Assembly (NCBI GenBank): GCA_041736175.1
Contig: JBGSUI010000231.1
Location: 1-31,171 of the forward strand
Direction of reading: 5' to 3'
Length of the DNA stretch: 31,171 bases
Source of the DNA: Oligoflexales bacterium
Lineage (GTDB): Bacteria > Bdellovibrionota_B > Oligoflexia > Oligoflexales > CAIYRB01
This document shows positions 1 through 7,312 of this stretch, in pieces. The notes under the pieces are model-generated. The model made no database searches. It had not been told where the DNA came from and was given only the letters and a program-made list of their open reading frames with translations. Within the stretch, counting starts at the first letter, position 1, and the number at the start of each line of letters is the position of its first letter. The translations under genes were made by a program, and so were the position numbers.

Positions 1-114
1 GCGGGCCGCTTCTTCAGGACTGAGCCAAAATCGTTGTTTGAGGCGGTGTTAGCAAGTGTCGACATGCCAAGACGCCCCAAGTCTCCGCCGAGACTGAAAG
101 TCGTCGAAGGGTGA
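1..114 (+). CDS. 3' end of a gene entering from the left; C-terminus ...MPRRPKSPPRLKVVEG*
   Basis: Frame 1 is open from base 1 to TGA at 112-114 and converges on the 147..1667 gene; it ends in a PxLKVV-type tail. Confidence 0.5.
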   Translation, partial: AGRFFRTEPKSLFEAVLASVDMPRRPKSPPRLKVVEG

Positions 115-146
115 CTTTTGGCCGACGGAGTGGTCGAAGCCTAATT

Positions 147-1667
147 TTACAGATTTACGTCTATTTTAGGGGTATTTATATATTTTAACACCCTAGACCG
201 CTGCGGATCCCTGGGAAAAGCCAGCACCATCTCATCCCTTTGATCTAAGTCTAAATCCACTTTAGCGATGTCTCCCCCGACATCCGTGGTGAGACTCCAA
301 TGGGGACTACTACTCAGGGTGTGATCTCCTTGAATGGTCCGAAGATCCAGGGTGTCAGCCATAGGGAAAAACAACACTCCTGGACTTTTTTGTCCAAATC
401 GCACATCCCACACTGGCAACGATCCCAATAGACCCGCCCAGTTTTTAAAATCTATGGGATACCCTAAAGAATGAAGCGACAAACTCTGGTCTATAAACTT
501 TCCGCCTTTATTTTTGTACCAAACATATTCAAGATTAACTTTCTTTGTCAGATAAGCTGCTGCGATATCTGTCCATGACGTAGATGCGACCGGTGCTACA
601 ATATCAGCTAACCCATCCCGATCATGGTCGCGGTATTCCTGAAATCCAAAATACCCCGTGCGCCTCAAGATCTGGACAGGCTTGTGCGAAAACAGGGTTT
701 TAGGATCCTGGTGATGGATATAGAGGGCAACGCCGATATCAGCTAAATTCCAGCTAGACTTAGCCACCACCAACTCTGGCCTACCGTCTCCCGTTAAATC
801 CACTAGCCTCGACTCCACGCGAATACTGGTATTTTTGCGTTCTTCTGGACTCAAAACCTGAATAGGATATTCGACGGGGAGGACTCCGCCCAAAAAACCC
901 CTGACTTTGTCTTGGATAAGACAGCTTACAAATTCGGGGCTGCTAAAGCAGAGATCTGCAAGTCCATCCCCATTGAAGTCTGGAGCCGTGACATCGGGAA
1001 ATTCAAAATGAACCGCCACCCTTTGGGTCGTGCTTAAAGCGCCTCGCAGGACCGGCCATTGGTAACGGGCAAGTGCCCTAATGGGAAATTGGGCGTAAAG
1101 CACCATCCCGCCACCACTTTGCTTTTGTCTATACAGGTCAAATCCATGGAGCCTCGGAATAATCATCGAGCGGGATTCCCCGCTAAATATCGGAAAACAA
1201 ATCTTAACCCGCGGCAAAACATCTGCCCGTTCATGGGCGAGGATGGTTTCCTGAGGTACAACCACTATCTTTGATAAGGCACCAAAAACCCCTTTAGGAC
1301 CTATCAGCAGAAACTCCTCTACCTTAGGGTTTTCCACCTTAGGACAAACGTCAAAGGCCACCGCATCTTTATCGAGAGGGATCACCCGGCTCGGCATAAG
1401 GATCCCATCCCGTGTTTTCTGAAAGATCTCTATCTGCTTTTGTCCTCCCCTACCAGGTCCAGGCTTTTGAGTCACAACATAAAGCTCGGCCGAAAACTCC
1501 CCTCGAATGGGAGTCATCCCTAAAAAATCTCCGCTTAACTGAATGGTCTGGGGGGTGGCCTGTGCAGAGTTTTGCAAGATAAAAAAGGTGCTCAGTAAAG
1601 ATATAAGGCATTGGTTATATTTAAGTGGAGTCAGATTAAGCAATTTCAATGGAAACAGCCCTCCCAT
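147..1667 (-). CDS. Exported FG-GAP/VCBS-repeat (integrin-like beta-propeller) protein
   Basis: 506-aa ORF with signal-like N-terminus (..LLSTFFILQNSAQA) and repeated DxxxDGxxD motifs: DFNGDGLADL, DLTGDGRPELVV, DHDRDGLADIV, DLDLDQRDEMV. Start codon uncertain. Confidence 0.75.
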   Translation of the reverse strand: MGGLFPLKLLNLTPLKYNQCLISLLSTFFILQNSAQATPQTIQLSGDFLGMTPIRGEFSAELYVVTQKPGPGRGGQKQIEIFQKTRDGILMPSRVIPLDKDAVAFDVCPKVENPKVEEFLLIGPKGVFGALSKIVVVPQETILAHERADVLPRVKICFPIFSGESRSMIIPRLHGFDLYRQKQSGGGMVLYAQFPIRALARYQWPVLRGALSTTQRVAVHFEFPDVTAPDFNGDGLADLCFSSPEFVSCLIQDKVRGFLGGVLPVEYPIQVLSPEERKNTSIRVESRLVDLTGDGRPELVVAKSSWNLADIGVALYIHHQDPKTLFSHKPVQILRRTGYFGFQEYRDHDRDGLADIVAPVASTSWTDIAAAYLTKKVNLEYVWYKNKGGKFIDQSLSLHSLGYPIDFKNWAGLLGSLPVWDVRFGQKSPGVLFFPMADTLDLRTIQGDHTLSSSPHWSLTTDVGGDIAKVDLDLDQRDEMVLAFPRDPQRSRVLKYINTPKIDVNL

Positions 1668-1754
1668 TTTAAAATTTAATCTGAGTTATAACTTTTACTG
1701 ATTCAGACTTTGTGCTTTGATCATATCATCATTTACAATCGATTAAAAACGCAT

Positions 1755-1786
1755 AAAACCCGACCTACTCAAAAAGAGTCGTCAGG
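1755..1786 (-). terminator. Possible intrinsic terminator of rpsT
   Basis: Minus strand CCTGACGACTC-TTTTT-GAGTAGGTCGGG followed by TTTT; imperfect stem about 30 nt past the rpsT stop. Confidence 0.35.
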
Positions 1787-1816
1787 ATTCTAGCATTTGC
1801 TCGTTACCAAAAACCC

Positions 1817-2149
1817 TTAGGCTTTTGCTTTAGATCCGGTATTTTTAACTTTAGGAGCTACAATCTTGCCCTGCTCTGCAAGCTTTAGGAGGCCAGCAAG
1901 TCGGCCAATCCGCCGAGCGGCATTGTTCTTATGAAGGATACCCTTGGAGCCAGCTTTTGCTAATGCGGCCTGGGCTGTCATAAAATGGGTTTGGAGCTGA
2001 TCCACAGCTACGGTTCCCTGAGCACTGCTCACTACAGCTGATTTAAACTTTTTAACCGCTGTTTTTACGGACGCGAGGTACTGGCGGTTGCGAACTCTGA
2101 CTCGGTCGTTTCGTCTAATCCGTTTGATTGCTGATTTATGGTGTGCCAC
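1817..2149 (-). CDS. rpsT: 30S ribosomal protein S20 (bS20), with Lys-rich C-terminal extension
   Basis: MAHHKSAIKRIRRN...RNR...GILHKNNAARRIGRL is the S20 signature; GTG start with GAGGA RBS. Confidence 0.97.
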   Translation of the reverse strand: MAHHKSAIKRIRRNDRVRVRNRQYLASVKTAVKKFKSAVVSSAQGTVAVDQLQTHFMTAQAALAKAGSKGILHKNNAARRIGRLAGLLKLAEQGKIVAPKVKNTGSKAKA

Positions 2150-2219
2150 GTCTGATCCTCACATTAGTTCAATAGGCGCCTTAACCCTTGAGGCTAAGAA
2201 CACACATCTAAGACGCTCG

Positions 2220-2248
2220 CTTATATCGGCTCAGGACCCAACCGTCAA
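2220..2248 (-). promoter_or_regulatory. sigma70-type promoter of rpsT
   Basis: Minus strand TTGACG-17 nt-TATAAG. Confidence 0.6.
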
Positions 2249-2254
2249 GTGCCA

Positions 2255-2800
2255 TCAAGGCTCTTTTGCAGACTTAATCTTAATACTCCGTCGCCCACTG
2301 AGACGCGTAACCTGCCGAACAGCTCCGCGCCCAATCACAGCATAGACGCTAGCGATAGAAAAGGTAACTAAAGTCAGTGGGTTTGCACTGCCTCGCCGGA
2401 CTCTATCAAAGATCCGTTCTAAGGGAGCCTCCGACACGGTCCGAGGCTGGTTTTTAAAGACCAGGAGAGCCACGGCCGCTGATAAGACGCTGGTTAGGAC
2501 TAAGCTCTCTTGGGCTAACGAGCGCACCCGTTTCTCTTCAAGCAGGTCCTTAAACTGTTTGCGCCCTGCTTCATCAAACCGCAGCATCGTCGCTTGGACA
2601 TCATAAAACGCCTCAAGGACCTCGCCACTCTTGATATCAGCGATTTTAATCATCGCAATCTGGGCACGATCAATCATCGCCTCAATACGACGGGCAATCT
2701 GCTCTAAGTCCTCAAGACTTGGCTCCCGGTCAAGGACTTCCCAAATACGCCAGCGACCTTGCTGCTCACTATTTCCATGCCTATCGTTACCATGTGGCAC
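2255..2800 (-). CDS. Hypothetical protein with one or two hydrophobic segments
   Basis: Long ORF (track 2255..2887); the GTG at 2800 has a GGGAG RBS. No family recognised. Confidence 0.6.
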   Translation of the reverse strand: MPHGNDRHGNSEQQGRWRIWEVLDREPSLEDLEQIARRIEAMIDRAQIAMIKIADIKSGEVLEAFYDVQATMLRFDEAGRKQFKDLLEEKRVRSLAQESLVLTSVLSAAVALLVFKNQPRTVSEAPLERIFDRVRRGSANPLTLVTFSIASVYAVIGRGAVRQVTRLSGRRSIKIKSAKEP

Positions 2801-3026
2801 ACTCAAAACTCCCCATGACTTAAGAGCCAGTCTTAAAATTCGGGACTCGGCATACTGGTGGAGTCTAACTCGATCCAAAAAAAACAACCAGCGCTAAACC
2901 AGTTTTGTTCTGATTTAACGCCGGAGATATGTGCCTATTTAGACAGAACCTACATGAGCCTATGACAAACTCTCAAGGAGAGGGTCTTTTTTAAGAAGCC
3001 CTGCTTTAACCATCAAGTTTCAATGA

Positions 3027-3152
3027 CTATTTGGACTTTCCTGTCCTTAGTGCACGTACAGCTTCTGTTTTTTTCGCAAGACGACGCTTTTTACGGCGCC
3101 ATGCTTTACGCTGGCGAGCTTTTGGACTGCTTTTATTATCACCACGACCCAT
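3027..3152 (-). CDS. 41-aa highly basic peptide MGRGDNKSSPKARQRKAWRRKKRRLAKKTEAVRALRTGKSK; candidate small ribosomal protein (bTHX-like)
   Basis: Translated by hand (below the ORF-track cut-off). ATG at 3152, AAGGAG RBS at 3163-3168, TAG at 3027-3029; lies 37 nt downstream of rpmB on the same strand. Confidence 0.8.
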   Translation of the reverse strand: MGRGDNKSSPKARQRKAWRRKKRRLAKKTEAVRALRTGKSK

Positions 3153-3189
3153 ACTTTTTTAGCTCCTTTAAAAAACTAGCTTAAGCAGG

Positions 3190-3417
3190 TTATCTGAACT
3201 TGGCCCCGGTCGACCTTATAAACGAATCCAGACCTACTTTGTCGATGGTTCGGATCGCTGCCGTACTCACTCTGAGGCGAATAAACCTCTTTTGGGAGTC
3301 TGACCAAAAGCGCTTGCTCTGGAGATTTGGCAGAAACTCGTGCTTAGTTTTGCGGTTCGAGTGAGACACCCGATGTCCGACTTGGATTCCTTTTCCACTA
3401 GGGCAAACTCTTGACAT
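3190..3417 (-). CDS. rpmB: 50S ribosomal protein L28 (bL28)
   Basis: MSRVC..GK....GHRVSHSNRKTK..FLPNLQSKRFW...IRLRVST..IRTIDK.G is the L28 signature. Confidence 0.97.
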   Translation of the reverse strand: MSRVCPSGKGIQVGHRVSHSNRKTKHEFLPNLQSKRFWSDSQKRFIRLRVSTAAIRTIDKVGLDSFIRSTGAKFR

Positions 3418-3422
3418 GGCGA

Positions 3423-3851
3423 TCAGTCCTCCATCTCACCAAATTCCATTTCTTCTTCGTCACGCCCTTCTTCAGAGCGGCCGCCATCGCCACCAAAATC
3501 CCGTCGATCCCCACGGTCCCGATCACGGTCCCCAAATCGACTAGGACGAGAGTCTCTTGACACACCTGCATTGGCTGCAGCCATCTCACCAGCAAACCCT
3601 CGCTCTACCCTATGGGATACGGAGGAAGGAAGCAACGCCAAGTAGCGGGCTCTTTTGATTGCTAGAGTGATTTCATGCTGCTGCGAAGAGGTCGCACCTG
3701 AAATTCTCCTTGGGATGATTTTACCCCGATCGGTGATAAAGCGCTTGAGAGTATCAGGCTTTTTAAAATCGATGGGGATGGAAGGGTCCAAGCTGCGCTT
3801 GCGGCGGAGCATGAAACGACGTCGTTTTTTCTTTGATGTCTTCGCAGACAT
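3423..3851 (-). CDS. rpsR: 30S ribosomal protein S18 (bS18), Cys-free, with long low-complexity C-terminal extension
   Basis: [26 protein letters not shown]...[15 protein letters not shown] at 3851 with GGAG RBS is preferred over the track GTG at 3866. Confidence 0.95.
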   Translation of the reverse strand: MSAKTSKKKRRRFMLRRKRSLDPSIPIDFKKPDTLKRFITDRGKIIPRRISGATSSQQHEITLAIKRARYLALLPSSVSHRVERGFAGEMAAANAGVSRDSRPSRFGDRDRDRGDRRDFGGDGGRSEEGRDEEEMEFGEMED

Positions 3852-3972
3852 ACTCGTGTTCTCCACTTGTCATTTCCGTCTTAGGGCTAGTACTTCTCGG
3901 ACGGCAGTTGACGGCTTGTAAACTTTCCATCAGGCTTTGTTTTGGCCACGGGAAACCTAGCAGTAGGTCCGG

Positions 3973-4001
3973 AAACTACAACAGCCTTTCCAGATGTTCA
4001 A
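3973..4001 (-). promoter_or_regulatory. sigma70-type promoter of the rpsR-rpmB-small ORF unit
   Basis: Minus strand TTGAAC-17 nt-TAGTTT, implying a leader of about 115 nt. Confidence 0.5.
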
Positions 4002-4189
4002 GAGCGAATCTTTCGATATCTACTTTTTTGGCAGCTAAAATGGGACCAGATCTCCCCCCTAATGACAACCACGACAATCCCCCAAACACAGGGTAGACTC
4101 CCCTCCAGGCTTCTGACGGATCTGGTGATATGCCACGATTTCTTAGCCATTTTTGGGAGCTTATATCCAGGCCTTAAGGGTGCTTTCCC

Positions 4190-6763
4190 ATGGAATCTTT
4201 GAACCATAATCCAACATTAACCCACCCCCCTCTGTGCTCGGTGGAGGTGGCGATCCCAAGCAAAATCGCTGGAACTTTCACCTACCTTGCTCCTGACACC
4301 ATCGCGGTCGGTACAAGGGTCGTGGCCCCTTTTGGCCGCCAATCCCTCATAGGCATCGTGGTCAAAAAACACCCGACAGCCCAGCCACTTAAGGCTCAAA
4401 AAACCTATCAACTGAAACAAATCACATCCAATATTGACCAAGAGCCAATATTTTCTGAAGATCTTTTGACCTTAGGTCACTGGCTCTCCCATTACTATAT
4501 ACATCCCCTTGGGGAGGTCCTCAGGACCATGCTGCCCTTGGGGACCCAGAAAAAAACCAGACAATGGGTAGAGATGACCCCCAAAGGTTACGACCTGGTC
4601 CATCGTCGCCAAAAAGAATGGCTGCTCCTCTCCGAGATTTTCAGAACCCCCTGCATTGATCCTGAAGCGACACCTTTGCCCCTGGTTTCAAAAATCACCC
4701 TCCTTGGTCGCATCCATAAATACCTTTTGAGCCAGCTCCCCTATCCAGAGTCCTGGTGTTGGGCTCTTCTGTCACCAAAGACTAGCAGAAGGCCAGGAAA
4801 GGATTCTTTTACGATACCCGAAGCCTATCGAGACGAGGCGACAATCAAAACCGCCAAAGCTGGAGACGTTCTCCTCCGGGCGCTTTCTCGAAGAGGACTG
4901 GTAAAGCTAAGTCGGTCCACCGACCACCAGGCACGGTCCCGTCCTGCTGCTGCGGTCACAGCAGAGCCTGAAAGTCCACAAAATGCTTTCGACAACACCT
5001 CCCTCCCAAAAAAACCCTCACTCACCCCTAGTCAAAGGGAAGTCCTGACAACTCTATTAAAGGAAGGCTACCAAGGTCATCTAGATGCACCTGGCCAAAA
5101 CCTGACTCCGGTCCACAAGGTCTTTCTGCTCCATGGAGTGACAGGCTCAGGGAAGACTGAGATTTATCTAAATCTGATTGAAACCCTCGTTAAATGCCCA
5201 TCCCTGCCGCCTTTTCAAATCCTCGTGATGGTCCCAGAAATCTCCCTCACACCCCAGATGACTGGTGTGTTTTCTCAAAGATTTCCTGACCTCGTCGCCG
5301 TGGTCCACTCGGCCATGGCGGACCAAAAACGCTGGGCCCAACTAGAAAAGATCCGAACCGGTGCAGCGCGGGTCTTGATTGGACCCCGCTCGGCGGTGTT
5401 TGGCCCCTTTCAAAACCTAGGCCTCATCATCGTCGATGAGGAGCATGACACGAGCTACAAACAAGATACGGGGCTTTGTTACCATGGGCGCGACGTAGCC
5501 GTGGTCCGGGGTAAAATCCACAACATCCCCGTCCTCCTCGGTAGCGCTACCCCTAGCCTGGAGTCCTACGCAAATGCTCTTGAAGGGCGCTATCAGCTAC
5601 TCAAGCTCCCGGAAAGGGTTGGAACCGCCACCCTCCCTGAGGTGACCATGGTTCCGATCGAGAACCCTGCGCGCTTTAAACCAAGCCCCCTTAAGTCCGA
5701 TACCCAACACCCCCACCAAGTGGTGACCCTCGACCAAGACTCATCCCTCGATACCACCATCAACCCCATCATTATCCAAGCTCTGCGGGAAACCCTCCAT
5801 AAGGGGGAACAGTCCATCGTTCTTGTCAACCGGCGCGGATTTGCCTCCTACCTAAAATCGATGACGACGGGTAAATCCTATCAATGCCCCCAATGCAGCA
5901 TCGCCATGACACTGCATCGCAAAACCCAGCTCTTGCGCTGCCACTACTGTGATCAGAGCACATCAGTAGCCCAAATCCTTAGGGACCACCCGGACCAATC
6001 CTACGGATCTGTAGGTTATGGCAGCCAAAAAATCGAAGAACTTATCCGCCAGTTGGTTCCACTTGCTAGGCTTGCGCGACTGGATTCCGACACCATGACT
6101 GGCGACATTCTGGCAGATGTTTTAGGTAAATTTCGGCAGCGCCACCTCGATATCCTCGTCGGCACCCAGATGCTGGCCAAAGGTCACGACTTTCCAAAAG
6201 TCACCCTGGTTGTGCTGTTGGAGGTCGACCAACTCCTAAATCTCCCCGACTTTAGAGCTGGCGAGAAAACCTTTCAGCTCATCGTCCAAGCAGCCGGCAG
6301 AGCTGGAAGGTCGGCAACCCCAGGCCGGGTCATCTTACAAGCCCAACAACACCTAAATCCTATTGTCCTCGCAGCTACCGAGCAGAACTATCACCGTTTT
6401 TTGGAGATTGAATTGGCCCAGCGCAAAAGCCTTCTCTATCCGCCTTACTCCCGGATGATCCGTTTTTGCTTTGAATCCAAAGACCACCACAAACTCACCA
6501 CAGCGATGGGAGAACTCAATCAGTGGCTTCAGGACTTGGCCCAAAAAGATCCCGAAGCCTTTAGCCAACTCCGCGTTCTAGGCCCTAGCGTCCCCGCCAT
6601 CGAACGGCTGCGAGAGGCCTACCGCCAGATGCTCTTGCTTGTGGCACCTATATCCCATCTCAAGAAACTCAAAAATCTGGCCGCACTGCTCGCCCACTCT
6701 TTCCAAAACCTCCCCCATGGAGTAGTTTTCTCCGTGGATGTGGACCCCATCAATCTTATGTAG
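4190..6763 (+). CDS. priA: Primosomal protein N' (replication-restart helicase PriA)
   Basis: GTRVVAPFG 3'-binding domain, LLHGVTGSGKTEIY (Walker A), VPEISLTPQ, IIVDEEHDTSYKQ, GSATPSLES, GTQMLAKGHDFP, QAAGRAGR, C-terminal VDVDP. Confidence 0.97.
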   Translation: MESLNHNPTLTHPPLCSVEVAIPSKIAGTFTYLAPDTIAVGTRVVAPFGRQSLIGIVVKKHPTAQPLKAQKTYQLKQITSNIDQEPIFSEDLLTLGHWLSHYYIHPLGEVLRTMLPLGTQKKTRQWVEMTPKGYDLVHRRQKEWLLLSEIFRTPCIDPEATPLPLVSKITLLGRIHKYLLSQLPYPESWCWALLSPKTSRRPGKDSFTIPEAYRDEATIKTAKAGDVLLRALSRRGLVKLSRSTDHQARSRPAAAVTAEPESPQNAFDNTSLPKKPSLTPSQREVLTTLLKEGYQGHLDAPGQNLTPVHKVFLLHGVTGSGKTEIYLNLIETLVKCPSLPPFQILVMVPEISLTPQMTGVFSQRFPDLVAVVHSAMADQKRWAQLEKIRTGAARVLIGPRSAVFGPFQNLGLIIVDEEHDTSYKQDTGLCYHGRDVAVVRGKIHNIPVLLGSATPSLESYANALEGRYQLLKLPERVGTATLPEVTMVPIENPARFKPSPLKSDTQHPHQVVTLDQDSSLDTTINPIIIQALRETLHKGEQSIVLVNRRGFASYLKSMTTGKSYQCPQCSIAMTLHRKTQLLRCHYCDQSTSVAQILRDHPDQSYGSVGYGSQKIEELIRQLVPLARLARLDSDTMTGDILADVLGKFRQRHLDILVGTQMLAKGHDFPKVTLVVLLEVDQLLNLPDFRAGEKTFQLIVQAAGRAGRSATPGRVILQAQQHLNPIVLAATEQNYHRFLEIELAQRKSLLYPPYSRMIRFCFESKDHHKLTTAMGELNQWLQDLAQKDPEAFSQLRVLGPSVPAIERLREAYRQMLLLVAPISHLKKLKNLAALLAHSFQNLPHGVVFSVDVDPINLM
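6669..6762 (+). repeat. Direct repeat copy 1: 3' end of priA
   Basis: 6691-6762 is identical over 72 bp to 7204-7275, and 6669-6684 matches 7172-7187. Confidence 0.95.
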
Positions 6764-7046
6764 CGTTTTTTGGATTTTCGTCATCCCCTAGCTTCTCCAG
6801 ATTTTTTCTCAACCTCTGCTTCCGCGTAGAAGACGACACGTCCTCTACTAAACTCTCCTTAGCAGGAGCATCCCCTCTGAGTTGATCGATGAGACCTAGA
6901 AGCTCGAAAAACCGTTCCTGTGTTAGAATGACTTTGATCCCTTTGCCTCGATGAATAATTTGTAAAGCCTCATCGTTCTGCAGCTCGCCAAAGAGGTCAT
7001 TGATATCGCGCTTTAGCTCCGATAGGGTCATCGTCTTTTTAAACAT
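6756..7046 (-). CDS. Phd/YefM-like antitoxin with no intact cognate toxin
   Basis: N-terminus KTMTLSELKRDINDLFGEL..EALQIIHRGK..KVIL...F matches the Phd/YefM pattern; GGAG RBS; own promoter and operator upstream. Confidence 0.65.
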   Translation of the reverse strand: MFKKTMTLSELKRDINDLFGELQNDEALQIIHRGKGIKVILTQERFFELLGLIDQLRGDAPAKESLVEDVSSSTRKQRLRKNLEKLGDDENPKNAT

Positions 7047-7083
7047 AACCGCAGCGTCTCCTGAGTTTGTAAAGGGGAGCTAT

Positions 7084-7133
7084 TAATGGCCCCACTAATG
7101 TAGCCATTATCGGAAATTCTGTAAATAACTTTA
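7084..7133 (-). promoter_or_regulatory. sigma28/FliA-type promoter plus inverted-repeat operator for the orphan antitoxin
   Basis: Minus strand TAAA(GTT)-N15-TCCGATAA at 7133-7107; TAATGGC-N12-GCCATTA inverted repeat at 7084-7109. Confidence 0.7.
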
Positions 7134-7171
7134 AGGCCCAAGTTAAAACAAGATCATCTATCCGGAATGAT

Positions 7172-7276
7172 TCAAAAATCTGGCCGCTCTACTACTTCGC
7201 CCACGCCCACTCTTTCCAAAACCTCCCCCATGGAGTAGTTTTCTCCGTGGATGTGGACCCCATCAATCTTATGTAA
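7172..7276 (+). repeat. Direct repeat copy 2: displaced, partly degenerate priA 3' fragment ending in TAA
   Basis: 72-bp exact match to the priA 3' end plus an upstream 16-bp match; net 10 extra bp between the blocks, including a CGCCCA duplication. Confidence 0.95.
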
Positions 7277-7312
7277 AACCAATGACGTCACCCAAAAGGA
7301 ATCACTCCCACC

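Noticed and set aside
3960..4189. Zur box explaining the Cys-poor S18, L28 and PriA
   Set aside because: No convincing Zur-like palindrome was visible, so zinc regulation is unsupported by sequence.
3833..4207. Short ORFs in the rpsR-priA spacer
   Set aside because: They overlap the divergent promoter region and gene starts, lack RBSs and have no recognisable features.
6578..6784. 68-aa ORF as an intact toxin
   Set aside because: Only the first 7 codons lie outside priA; the rest is antisense priA sequence.
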